DNA of 64,000 bases, from positions 51,363,749 through 51,427,748 of the forward strand of contig NC_068996.1 of assembly GCF_001194135.2 (NCBI RefSeq), given 5' to 3'. The translations under genes were made by a program, and so were the position numbers. This DNA comes from Octopus bimaculoides (lineage: Eukaryota). The notes beneath the pieces are model-generated. The model was not told the origin of the DNA and ran no database searches. It saw only the letters and a list, made by a program, of their open reading frames with translations. Positions 1-12,359 of this stretch are shown in pieces; the first letter of the stretch is position 1, and every line of letters starts with the position of its first letter.

Positions 1-400
1 AGATTTTAAGGTAATTTTGGTGCTATTCTTATCACAACAGTTCCCAAGCTCAGAGTAATTACCCCAACTAGAGAAAAAATCTGCATTTGGCTGGAATGGT
101 ATCGGTAACACAGCAAGAAGAGCCCTGGTCTTGGATCTTAACTTGTTGATATGAGTTGAATCATTATGATTTATGCAAATAAAAAACACTAAGGCCCTCG
201 CCATTTCTTATATCAATGACATTTTTTCACTCTTTTCCACATTGCACCAGAGATACAAGGAGCCAATAGGAAAAAAAAATGCAGAGCCATAAATAGAGGT
301 GGGCAGTTGACACTAATCAACCTTTATAATTAAATTTGTGTTAAAAATATGTATTTTGATATAAAACAAAATGGTCAGCTCAGTTCAGATTGGGTTATTC

Positions 401-626
401 TTTTACTCTTTTAGTCTTTTACTTGTTTCAGTCATTTGACTGCGACCATGCTGGAGCACCGCCTTTAGTCGAGCAAATCAACCCCAGGACTTATTCTTTG
501 TAAGCCTAGCACTTATTCTATCGGGCTCTTTTGCTGAACCGCTAAGTTACGGGAACGTAAACACAGCAGCATCGGTTGTCAAGCGATGTTGAGGGGACAA
601 ACACAGACACACAAACATATATACAC

Positions 627-697
<71 letters not shown>

Positions 698-843
698 GCT
701 TCTTTCAGTTTCCGTCTACCAAATCCACTCACAAGGCTTTGGTTGGCCCGAGGCTATTGTAGAAGACACTTGCCCAAGGTGTCATGCAGTGGGACTGAAC
801 CCGGAACCATGTGGTTGGTAAGCAAGCTACTTGCCACACAGCC
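401..843 (-). mobile_element. tRNA-derived SINE family S1 (internal (TA)n tract)
   Basis: Reverse complement gives head GGCTGTGTGGCAAGTAGC...GGTTCCGGGTTCAGTCCC (A/B-box-like). The same body recurs many times in the window. Confidence 0.85.
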
Positions 844-1704
844 CTTGATTGAATTTTATTAAATGCATTCTTTGTCATGCTGAATCAGGCTCATATTTCT
901 CCGACTGCAGCAGACCTTTAACCAGACTATTATTCCCACTGAGGAATGGTTAAACTTAAATAGGGTCATGTTTCTATAAGTGCAACGTTTTAATATACAT
1001 AGTCATTATAGACTCTATTTCACACATACACACACACATACACACACACAGATACATACATACATACATACATATATACATACATACATACATACATACA
1101 TACACATATACAAACATACATATATATATATACACGTACACACAGACACAGATACACACAAACACACACACAGATACACACAAACACACACACAGATACA
1201 CACACATATGCACCCACTCATGCACGTGCACATTTAACAAATTTATTTCTAAAATTCAAACAGCTTGATATAATGACAATATTTTTTTTTTTTAAATGTC
1301 TAAATCCACACCATATGTATATCATTTACTCTCATGATTTTGAAAACTAAAAGAACAAAGTGACATTCCGACATTCATGTTTTTTTTTTTTAAGTATAGA
1401 TTGACCCTGTGTAGTTTTCCAATGGTTATTGTCAACAAAGAAAAAAAAAATTAGATAAATGATGAAATTTGTATAAATAAATATTCTTTTCTATTCTAGG
1501 CACAAGGCACAAAATTTTGGTGGGAGGAGGTCAGTCAATTAGATCAACCCCAGTATGCAACTAGTACTTACTTTATTGACCCCGAAAGGGTGAAAGGCAA
1601 AGTCGGCCTTGGCGGAATTTGAACTCAGAACGTAAAGACAGATGAAATACTTTATTTACATTATTTACAATTGATGGATATTTGTCCTCATCTTGTTTGT
1701 TGTT

Positions 1705-1750
1705 AACACAACGTTTCGACTGATATACCCTCCAGTCTTCATCAGGTGTC
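1705..1750 (-). ncRNA. Minimal type-I hammerhead ribozyme motif
   Basis: Minus strand: GACAC-CUGAUGA-A-GACUG[GAGGGUAUAU]CAGUC-GAA-ACGU-U^GUGUU. Canonical core, 5-bp stems I and II, loopless palindromic stem III. Confidence 0.75.
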
Positions 1751-1807
1751 TTGGGGAAATTTCGAACCTGGGTTCTCATTCCTAATGTATTTTTCAATGT
1801 TGTTATG

Positions 1808-1864
<57 letters not shown>

Positions 1865-1889
1865 GTTGTTGTTGTTGTTGTTATTGTTA

Positions 1890-1942
<53 letters not shown>

Positions 1943-2025
1943 CACCACGCCATATGCTCATGGGCATAGTGGTTAAGAGCACGGGCTACTAACCCCAAGA
2001 TTCCGAGTTCGATTCCAGGCAGTGA

Positions 2026-2061
<36 letters not shown>

Positions 2062-2116
2062 CAGTAACATCGAAAAATACCTTAGAAATGAGAACACAGG
2101 TTTGAAACTTCTCCCA

Positions 2117-2159
2117 GACACCTGAATGCTGGAGGGTATATCAGCTGAAACGTTGTGTT
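2117..2159 (+). ncRNA. Degenerate hammerhead copy
   Basis: GACACCTGAATGCTGGAGGGTATATCAGCTGAAACGTTGTGTT; the CUGAUGA core is damaged by a small deletion. Confidence 0.5.
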
Positions 2160-3000
2160 AACAACAAACAAGATGAGGACAAATATCTGTCAAATGTAAA
2201 TAATGTAAATAATGTAAATAATGCCTCATCTCTTAAATATAGAACTGTAGACAAAATACTGCTAAGCATTTCACCTGACATGCTAACGTTTCTGCCAGCT
2301 CGCTGCCTTTGTATAAATAAATGTTGTGAAATTAAAATGCATTTTTAAAAATGTTTCCCAAATTTTTACTTTTAATATATTGTTCATTCAAAAAACAGAA
2401 AGAAAGCAGAACTGATAGTTGTTGCAAGGAGGGGTAGGGGCATGTGGGTGTGTGGGCGTGGGTGGATGTATGCGTGTGTGCATGTGTGTGTGTGTTTTGT
2501 GCGTCTGTGCTTGTCCCACACCACTACTTGAAAACCAGTGTTGGTGGGTTTACATCCTGGAAACTTAGCAGTTCAGCAAAAGAGAGTGATAGAATAAGCA
2601 CCAGGTTTAAGAAAACAATAATAATGATAATAAGTACTAGGGTTGATCCGTTTGATTAAAATTCTTTACAGCAGTGCTCCAGCATGGGCGCAATCCAATG
2701 ATTGAAACAAGCAAAAAGTAAAGATAATATTTATTTAACTTTGAAGTTGATGACTTATTTTGAAATGCCATATTGAGGGATTCAAGCATAGATTTCAAAT
2801 TTTAATGTAATTCAAATGATGACCTGAAAGATTATTTATATGTGATAAGAGGTTTGATTCCCAGCCATATGGTCGAGAGTTCAATCCCTCTGCATGGCAT
2901 GGTACCTTGGGCAAGTGTCTTCTTCCATAGTACCAGGATTACAAAATGACTGTGAGTGGATGGGGTAGATGGAAACTGAAAGAAACCTCTTTGTATATAA

Positions 3001-3113
<113 letters not shown>

Positions 3114-3255
3114 TGTGTATGTGTTTATGTGTGTGTTTGTCTCCCACTAGTGCTTAACAACCAGCGTTGATTTGTTCACATCCTTGTAACTTAGCTGATC
3201 GGCAAAAGAGACCAATAGAATAAGAACCATACTAAATAAAGTAAGCACTGTGAAG

Positions 3256-3570
3256 GTGCATGGCTCAGTGGTTAAAGCATTGGGCTTACAATCATCAGGT
3301 TGTGAGTTCAATTCCCAGACGAGGCTGTGTTGTGTTTATTTCATGTTACTCCAGTTCACTCAGCTGTAGAAATGAGTTGCAACATCACTGGTTGCCAAGC
3401 TGTATCGGCCCTTTTACCTTTCCCTTGGATAACATTAGTGACACGGAGAGGCTGGTATGCATGGGTGATGGCTGGTCTTCCATAAACAACCTCACCCAGA
3501 CTTGTACCTTGGAGAGGAAATTTCTAGATGCAATCCCAAGGTCATTCATGACCAAAGTGGGTCTTTACCT
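3256..3570 (+). mobile_element. tRNA-derived SINE family S3
   Basis: TGGCTCAGTGGTTAAAGC...GAGTTCAATTCCC A/B boxes. The body is shared with 29043-29375 (-) and 50335-50645 (+). Confidence 0.75.
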
Positions 3571-4108
3571 TTTACTGTGGTCAATTCATTCAATTAAAAT
3601 TCTTTAAGGCATGCCCGAGTATGACCAAAGTTCAATGATTGAAACAAGTAAAAGATTGTTCATTTATTTNNNNNNNNNNNNNNNNNNNNNNNNNNNNNNN
3701 NNNNNNNNNNNNNNNNNNNNNNNNNNNNNNNNNNNNNNNNNNNNNNNNNNNNNNNNNNNNNNNNNNNNNNNNNNNNNNNNNNNNNNNNNNNNNNNNNNNN
3801 NNNNNNNNNNNNNNNNNNNNNNNNNNNNNNNNNNNNNNNNNNNNNNNNNNNNNNNNNNNNNNNNNNNNNNNNNNNNNNNNNNNNNNNNNNNNNNNNNNNN
3901 NNNNNNNNNNNNNNNNNNNNNNNNNNNNNNNNNNNNNNNNNNNNNNNNNNNNNNNNNNNNNNNNNNNNNNNNNNNNNNNNNNNNNNNNNNNNNNNNNNNN
4001 NNNNNNNNNNNNNNNNNNNNNNNNNNNNNNNNNNNNNNNNNNNNNNNNNNNNNNNNNNNNNNNNNNNNNNNNNNNNNNNNNNNNNNNNTGGAAACTGTAA
4101 AGAAGCCT

Positions 4109-4154
<46 letters not shown>

Positions 4155-4539
4155 GACAGACAGACAGACAAACAGACATATAGAGAGACAGACAGATATG
4201 TCTCTATATAAATATATATATGCGTGAGTGTGTGTGTCTTGACTGTGTTTGTCTCTCACACACACACATACTACTTGATACCTGGTGTTGGTTTATTTAC
4301 GTCCCTGTAGCTTAGAGATATGGCAAAAGAGACCAATGGAATAAGTACCCAACTCAAAACAAAAAGAAGAAAACAAGACAAACTCTTTAAGGTGCTGCCC
4401 CAGCATGGCCTCAGTCCAATGACTAAAAGAATTATAAAACAAAAAATAAAAGACTATAGAGACAAACTAGTCCTCCAAAAGAGCAATGACCCTAACTCAA
4501 ACACCTTACACCATTATTGTTTAGTAAATCCAAGAGGTT

Positions 4540-4842
4540 CTACATGGAATCTCCAGATATAGACATCAGATGAGAATTCTGCAATTTCTTGCTGAACACC
4601 ATGCACAGGTGGTTGGCTTATAGTGATCAAATGTATTTGTTGTACATTTGCTCACTCCTTCCATCAAATTGATGTTACCTGTACAGGTACGCAGCATACC
4701 ACACATCGGCTGTGAAAGAGATCGCAGAGCAACATGGAATGAAGTGTTTTACTCAAGAATACAAAGCACCACCCATTCTGGGAATGGAACTCATAATCTT
4801 GCAATTGTGAGAGCAACATTTTAACCACTAGGCCACATGACC
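4540..4842 (-). mobile_element. tRNA-derived SINE (further family)
   Basis: Minus-strand head TGTGGCCTAGTGGTTAAAATG...GAGTTCCATTCCC followed by a non-tRNA body; a related head lies near 9105-9185. Confidence 0.6.
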
Positions 4843-5197
4843 TCAGAAGGGCTCTAAATGATCTACAGCTAAACAATAAACAATTATGATGGAACCACAT
4901 GCACACACACACACATGTATATCTCATGCACAGAATCATACTTTTCATGTGATTTCATCCATGCGCAAATAACCTCAACATCATGATTTAAATGAAAACC
5001 AGGGCAATATGAAAATAATATAAAACAAAGAAGCAAGGTCACTCGACAGATGTTAAAATGGTTGGCTAATGTTGTTGTTGCTAAACAGTTTACATCATAA
5101 ATGTCGCAGCCAAATATTTATTCAAAGCTTTATATTTAGAGAATAAAAATATAAAAATATGTGCGAATGAACCTGAATCAATGCATGTGTGTATGTA

Positions 5198-5267
<70 letters not shown>

Positions 5268-5291
5268 NNNNNNNNNNNNNNNNNNNNNNNN

Positions 5292-5340
<49 letters not shown>

Positions 5341-5714
5341 TATATATATGTATATGCTCATACATACATGCATGCATGCGTACAAACATACATGCATACA
5401 TACATTCATACAAACATACATACATGCATGCATGCATGCATACATACATACAAACATACATACATACACACATACATACACACACACATACATGTCTGGT
5501 GTTAGATACTGTCATTTGATGTTTAAGATCCTCCTAGAGCAAGCTTGATGGAATTTTTCCAAGACTTTGATGTGATGACAGGATGTAGTCTGACTCTCAG
5601 GAGAATATAAAAGGGTAGTTAAGATGTGTGATTCATATATATATATATGTGCATGTGTGTGTGTGGGTATACATACAAACATACATACATATATACACAC
5701 ACACACACATATTT

Positions 5715-6840
5715 ATATCATTATCACCATCACCGTTGTTTAATGTCCGCTTTCCATGCTGGCATGGGTTGGATGGTTCAACTGAGGGCTGGCGAGCCAG
5801 AAGGCTGTACCAGGCTCCAGTCTGATTTGGCAGAGTTTCTACAGCTGAATACCCTTCCTAACGCCAACCACTCCAAGAGTGTTTTTGTGCTTTTTACATG
5901 CCACCGGCACAAGGGCCAGTCAGGCAGTACTGGCATTGATCATCCTCAAAGGTGCTTTTCACGTGTCACAGTCACAGGAACCAGTTAGGTGGCACTAGCA
6001 ACGACCATGTTTGAATGATGTTTTTTACATGCCACCAGCACAGGAGCCAGTCAGGCGACACTGGCAACGATCAGGCTTGAATGGTGTTTCTTACATGCCA
6101 CCAGCATGGGAGCCAGTTAGGTGGCACTGGCAATGATCACACTCGATCGGTGCGTTAAACATGCTACTGGCACGGGTGCCAATTTGGCAGTACTGTCATC
6201 AGCCATGACAATGATTTCACTCGCCACAAGAAGTCTTCGCAAGCGCAGTTTATTGCCCAATGATTGAAGGGTACTCTTAAATGGGCTGGTTATACTCCAC
6301 TGGCATAGGCCATGGGTTATGGTCTCACTTGGCTTGCCAGGTCTTCTCAAGCACAGCATATCTCCAAAGGTCTCAGTCACTTGTCATTGCCTCGGTGAGG
6401 CCCAATGTTCGAAGGTCATGTTTCAACACTTCATCCCAGGTCTTCCTTGGCCTACCTCTTCCACAGGTTCCCTCAACTGCTAGGGTGTGATACTTTTTCA
6501 CACAGCTATCCTCATTCATTCTCGCCACATGACCATACCAGTGCAGTCGTCTCTCTTGCACACCACAACTGATGCTTCTTAGGTCCAACATTTCTCTCAA
6601 GGTACTTACACTCTGTCAAGTATGCACACTGACATTACACATCCATCGGAACATACTGGCTTCATTTCTTGTGAGCTTATGCATGTCCTCAGCAGTCACA
6701 GCCCATGTTTCACAGCCATGTTGCATGGCTGTTCATACACATGTGTTATACAGTCTGCCTTTTACTTTGAGTGAGAGGCCCTTTATCACCAGCAGAGGTA
6801 AGAGCTCTCTGAACTTTGCCCAGGCTATTCTTATTCTAGC
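5715..6840 (-). mobile_element. 5'-truncated RTE-clade LINE (C-terminal ORF2, 3' UTR, (GAT)n-like tail)
   Basis: RRLHWYGHVARMNEDSCVKK...GRGRPRKTWDEVLKHDL is a typical RTE C-terminus; stops and frameshifts present. Confidence 0.85.
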
Positions 6841-6860
6841 ATATATTCTTATTGTACATA

Positions 6861-7210
6861 GGGGTGGTTGTGTGGTAAGAAGCTTGCTTCCCAGTCTTCA
6901 ACAATAGCCTCAGGCCGACTAAAGCCTTGTGAGTGGATTTGGTAAACAGAAACTGTAAGAATCCTGTTATATATATATGTATATATGTATGTGTGCTATT
7001 TGTGTCTGTGTTTGACCCCACCACCACCATTGCTTGACAACCAATGTTGGTATGTTTACGTCCCTGTCAACTAGCAGTTCAGCAAAAAGAGACCAATAGA
7101 ATAAGTACTAGGCTTATAAAGAATAAGTCTTGGGGTCGATTTGTTCAACTAAAGGTGGTACTCCAGCATGGCCACAGTGAAAAGACTGAAACAAGTAAAA
7201 GAATAAAAGA
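6861..7210 (+). mobile_element. SINE family S1
   Basis: Head GGTTGTGTGGTAAGAAGCTTGCTTCCC and shared tail ...GAAACAAGTAAAAGAATAAAAG. Confidence 0.75.
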
Positions 7211-7622
7211 ATATATATATATGTATATATNNNNNNNNNNNNNNNNNNNNNNNNNNNNNNNNNNNNNNNNNNNNNNNNNNNNNNNNNNNNNNNNNNNNNN
7301 NNNNNNNNNNNNNNNNNNNNNNNNNNNNNNNNNNNNNNNNNNNNNNNNNNNNNNNNNNNNNNNNNNNNNNNNNNNNNNNNNNNNNNNNNNNNNNNNNNNN
7401 NNNNNNNNNNNNNNNNNNNNNNNNNNNNNNNNNNNNNNNNNNNNNNNNNNNNNNNNNNNNNNNNNNNNNNNNNNNNNNNNNNNNNNNNNNNNNNNNNNNN
7501 NNNNNNNNNNNNNNNNNNNNNNNNNNNNNNNNNNNNNNNNNNNNNNNNNNNNNNNNNNNNNNNNNNNNNNNNNNNNNNNNNNNNNNNNNNNNNNNNNNNN
7601 NNNNNNNNNNNNNNNNNNNNNN

Positions 7623-7656
<34 letters not shown>

Positions 7657-8616
7657 CATACATACATACATACATACATACATACATACATACATACATA
7701 CATACATACATACAATGAGCTTCTTTCAGTTTCCAGCATCTAGATCCATTCACAAGACTTTTGTCAACCTTGTCAATATTGTATTATACTAGCATGTCTG
7801 TCTGAGAATCATTTTCACAGCAGGAACAAACCGATCAGACTTGTACAACATTACCATCAGAATTTGAATTTTGATTGTTAGGTTTATAAATCATCAGTCA
7901 AGTGTTTATTTTGTTTATGATTAATGTGTGTTTTCTGCGTATATCTTTAGTTTTGTGCTGTACTATGAATGTTGCTTCCATCCATAATCAGCCAAAAGGC
8001 TTCTTTTATTAAAGGATTTCACCATTGATACTTTATATTTATGTGGACATTCAGTGTTTTATTGTACAAAGTGTATAGGTGAGTAAAGTATAATTGAACA
8101 GATTCTTTTCTAGCTTGACTGGGTGTCTTGCCTTTCAACACACCAGATACTGATGAAAAGGCATAGGACTACTTCATAATTGCACAATATTTCAAAAGAA
8201 CTTAATCTCTTTGATTGCTTGACAAAATCTCGTTTGGGAAGTAAGGCATGCTGTATTTCTTGTAATTTGTCTCATTTGAAAAGATTGGTAAGATGTGAGA
8301 TGTAAAGTGTTATGCAGTAAGTTTATTGGGGTGGTGTGTGAGGGGGCTGCATAGAAAAATCAAATGAAATCTTACAGCATAGATGCAGACATGTCTATGT
8401 GGTTAGAAATTTGTTTCCCAATCACATGGATCCAGATTCAGTCCCACTGTGTGGCACTTGGGCTAAATGTCTTCTACTATAGCCCTGGGCTGACCAAAGT
8501 CTTGTCAGTTGATTTGGTTGACAGAAACTGAAAGAAGCTCATTATATATATATATATACATGATGAGCTTCATTATATATATTTTCTATTTTCTTTCCCT
8601 GTTTATTTCTGTGTTC

Positions 8617-8652
8617 CTTTCTGTTGAAGAGCGTAGGCTCGAAACGTAAAAG
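8617..8652 (+). ncRNA. Hammerhead-like motif, family 2 (A6U core variant) in short pLTR-like repeat
   Basis: CUUU-CUGUUGA-A-GAGC[GUAG]GCUC-GAA-ACGU-A^AAAG. Related copies at ~19528-19564, 20094-20129 and 21095-21130. Confidence 0.5.
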
Positions 8653-9159
8653 ACTTTCTCACTTCCTGAGAGTTAAACTAATACATCTGTTTGTTGTTTT
8701 TTTTTAATTCTCGCCATATGTATGTATGTATGTATGTATGTATATGTAAGTGTGTAGCGTGTGTGTATGTGTGTGTATGAGAGAGAGAGAGAATGTCTGT
8801 ATGTCCGTGCCCCACCATCTCTTGACAACTGATGTTGGTTTGTTTGCATCCCCATAACTTAGCAGTTCAGCAAAAGAGACCAATAGAATAAATACTAAGC
8901 TTTCTAAAAAATAAATACAGGGAATCAATTTATTTGACTAAAACTTTTCAAAGCAGTGCTCTAGCATGGCCATGGTTCAATGAGTGAAACAAGTAAAAGA
9001 TCCATAAAAGCTCAAGCTACAAGCCCACTTTTATAGTTAATCAACCCCAAACTGTGGGCCATTTCAGTTTCTTTTACCTATCATTCTCTTATTGAATGTA
9101 AAAATGCATAGCCTTGTGGTTTAGTGTTGCACTTATGATTGCAAAATCATGGCATCAGT

Positions 9160-10080
9160 TCCTACACTGAGCAATGTGTTGTGGCAGTGAGACATGGTCT
9201 GTGATTACTGAGGATATGCAAAGGCTTGAAAGAAATGAAGCCAGTATGCTCTATTGGATGTGTAATGTCAACATGCATAGACAACAGTGTAAGTGATTTG
9301 AGAGAGAAATTGGGTATATGAGGCATGAAATGTAGTGTTGCAGGAGAGAACACTGTGCTGATATGGTCATGTGATGTGTATGAATGAAGACAGTTGCATC
9401 AAACAGGTGGAGGGAACATGTGGAAGGGGTAGGACCCAGGACAGATTAAGTGGTGGGAAAGGATCCTGGCAGCTTGTTGTGTTTGAGAAGACATACCAAG
9501 CTAAGTAAAAGCGTGGTTGTACTTGCATACAGGCTTGTCCCCTTCATCCCTCTCTAACCAAGCATTCCTAATCTTGCAGACTCATGGGTGCTGGTGCCAC
9601 ATAAACACACTCATGCTGGTACTGTGTAAAAGGGTACCATGTCTTCTCGTCCAACATCACTTTGTCAAACGTCTTTTCATCCTCATCTTTTGGTCCAACA
9701 TCTTTTCGTCTGATGATTTTTTGTCCAACAACATATTCTATCAATAAAATTCTCAATGATTATTTAATTTTGATGTTCAACCTGTTTTCTAAAGAGTTTA
9801 TTTAGAATTGGACAAAAAGTCTTTGGACAAAAAAAGATCATCGGACAAAAAGACATCGGACTGAAAGACGTGGACGAAGTGACGTTGGACAAAGTGACAT
9901 CGGGCAAAAAGGTTGGGTCACGGTATAAAAGAACCCAGTAGACTGTACAGTGGTTGGTGTTAGGAAGGGCATCCAGTCATAGAAACCATGTCAAAATAGA
10001 CATGGCACCTGAACAGCCCTTCAGCTGGTCAGCTCCTGTCAAACTGCCCAACCCATGCCAGCACAGAAAACGGACAATGA
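9160..10080 (+). mobile_element. Degenerate RTE 3' fragment interrupted by a MITE
   Basis: Similar to the RTE 3' ends elsewhere in the window (GGTTGGTGTTAGGAAGGGCATCC). Confidence 0.65.
9632..9925. mobile_element. Non-autonomous DNA transposon with mirrored subterminal repeats
   Basis: The left half has repeated GTCCAA/CGTC motifs and the right half TTGGAC/GGACAAAAAGACATC. Ends resemble TACCRTGWC; TAAAAG lies on both sides. Confidence 0.55.
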
Positions 10081-10659
10081 TAGGGGTCCTGAAAAAAGTT
10101 TTAGGGGCTGTTTTTCTGACTTGAGTCATTAAAATTGCTTCAAATTTTGGCACAAGAACAGCAATGTTGAAGGGACAGATTTAGTCAATACTATCAAACC
10201 CAGTGCATGACTGGTACTTTATTTTATGGCCCCTGGAGGAATGAAAAGCAAAGTCAACCCCAGTAGAATTTGAATTCAGAATGTAAAGAGTCAGAAGAAA
10301 TGCCACCAAGCATTTTATCCGATGCTCTACCAATTCTGCCAGCTCATTGCCTTAATTAAGTCAATAAAATTAAAAATAAAATATAAAGTAATGTGAATAT
10401 GCATGGTTGGTTATCATAACCATTGGATGTTGAGGGTAGAGAGAAATGAGGATGGAATAATATTGTAAAGCTACCTGGAAAGGTAGAGTTAACGAGAACG
10501 AACTGTTTGGTCAGCAGGATCATTTGAAATATCATCTGGTGTGTGCATGAGAGATGACTGCACTGGTGGTATGGATATGTGACATGCAAATGGAGGCGGG
10601 GCTCCAGGTGAATGAGTCTTGTATGTGCTATTGGGGGATGGTGGTGGTAAGGATAATGA

Positions 10660-10774
10660 TGCCAATGACAATGTTGATGATGATGATGATGATGACGACG
10701 ACGACAATGACAACATGACGATGATGATGATGATGATATGATGACGACGACAATGACAACGATGATGATGATGG

Positions 10775-10822
<48 letters not shown>

Positions 10823-11091
10823 AGATGGTGATGATGAAGATGATGATGGTGATGGTGATGCTGGTGGTGGTGGTGGTAACGACAACGACGCTGATGATGA
10901 TGTTGATGACGACGATGTTGATGATGATGTTGATGATGATGGTGATGATATGATGATGATGTTGATGATGATGGTGATGATATGATGATGATGTTGATGA
11001 CGACGATGTTGATGATGATGTTGATGATGATGGTGATGATATGATGATGATGGTGATGACGACAACGACGATGACAATGATGACAATGACA

Positions 11092-11122
<31 letters not shown>

Positions 11123-11195
11123 CGAAGGCAATGACAACAACAACAATGATGACAATGACTACGACAACAACAATAACACTGATAATGATAAATGG
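10660..11195. repeat. (GAT)n/(GAC)n compound trinucleotide tract
   Basis: Direct inspection. Confidence 0.95.
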
Positions 11196-12359
11196 TGTAA
11201 GCATGTATGAAACAGTTACCAACCCTAACATATTGACAGTCAATGCTGGTGATTCCTCAAAAAAAAAAACAAGTAAAAGAAAGGGTTTTTAGTTTTATTT
11301 ATGTATCTATATACTTGATGCCTAATAAAGAAACTATTTATCATTTACAGAAAATATGGTTGCTTTCTCTCTTGAGCATACCATCAAGAAGAAGCAGCCA
11401 TCTATACTTTTCTTACAGTTTATTTTGGTTGGGGTTGGGGCTAGGCGGGGGGGGGGGTTCCTATTCAGTTTGAAAATATCATTTATTTTAATACCAGAAA
11501 TTTAAGTTAAAAGGACACTTTAAAAAAAAAAAAAAATCAGTAAATTGTTTTGGACAAAATACTTGTTTTTCAAATTCCTCATCATTAAATTATTTCATTT
11601 GGTCCAAATTACTCAGGAAAAAAAATTCAAAAAAACTAGGTTTGGGAATGAAAAATAATCATTACAAAGTATGACTAATATTAACCCTAGCACAACACTC
11701 TCTCTCTCTGTCTCACACACTTACACATGAACATACACACATGCACACACACACACATAGAATAACAGGTCTTGATTTATAATGTTAGTTACGCTTGTAA
11801 AATTAGTATGTCTACCGTGTAAATAATTTCTCCAGATTTTGGCCAAACAACTGACAGCTGTTCTTTTCATGTGTAACTGTTTTGACAGTAAAATGTCTCA
11901 TCATTTGGCCAAGTTATTATATTTCAAATTTGAATTTATTCATTTAAAAGATCTAAAAGCTTTTGTTGTTCTCATTTAGTTCCCTGTACGTTTACAACCC
12001 CCAAAAAACCATTTGTCTGTTGTCCTCTCTCTCTCTCTCTCTCTCTCTTGCTTTTTGAAGATGGTACAGCATGATTTAATCCTTTAGCATTTAAACTGAT
12101 CGTATCCAACCCAAATATTCTACCTCCTTTAATGTTTAAACCAGCCAGATCCAGACTCTCACACCTGCCAATCAAAACCTTACAATTTGGTAGATTAGAA
12201 ACTGTGGAAACCAGTTGTGTGCATACGTGCATGTGTGTGGGGGTATGCGTGCATGTGTGTGTATGTATGCATGTGTGCGTGTGTGTGCGTGTGTGTGCAT
12301 GTGTGTGTGAGTGTGTGTGTGTGAGTGTGTGTGTGTGTGTGTGAGTGTGTGTGTGTAGG

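Larger units (their letters stand above)
1652..2248. mobile_element. Inverted head-to-head dimer of tRNA-headed, hammerhead-tailed element with 12-bp TSD
   Basis: Minus copy 1652-~1950; plus copy ~1955-2248 with tRNA-like head, (AAT)n, body, HHR and tail. Flanks are AGATGAAATACT (1640-1651) and AGACAAAATACT (2249-2260). Confidence 0.8.
1485..2310 (-). mobile_element. SINE family S2 (Meta-domain-like core) split by a younger insertion
   Basis: S2 sequence stops at 1651 and resumes at 2249 (GCTAAGCATTTC...GCCAGCTCGCTGCCTT). It matches the intact copy at 51031-51265. Confidence 0.8.

Noticed and set aside
1-204. Minus-strand open frame MARALVFFICINHND... running off the window
   Set aside because: No recognisable motif or splice support; cannot be assessed at the window edge.
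1956-2016. tRNA-like sequence as a tRNA gene
   Set aside because: A/B boxes are present but there is no proper acceptor stem, and it continues into repeat body; it is a SINE head. The same applies to the other tRNA-like heads.
4523-4660. Minus-strand peptide ...VHGVQQEIAEFSSDVYIWRFHVEPLGFTKQ
   Set aside because: Falls within the body of a tRNA-derived SINE.
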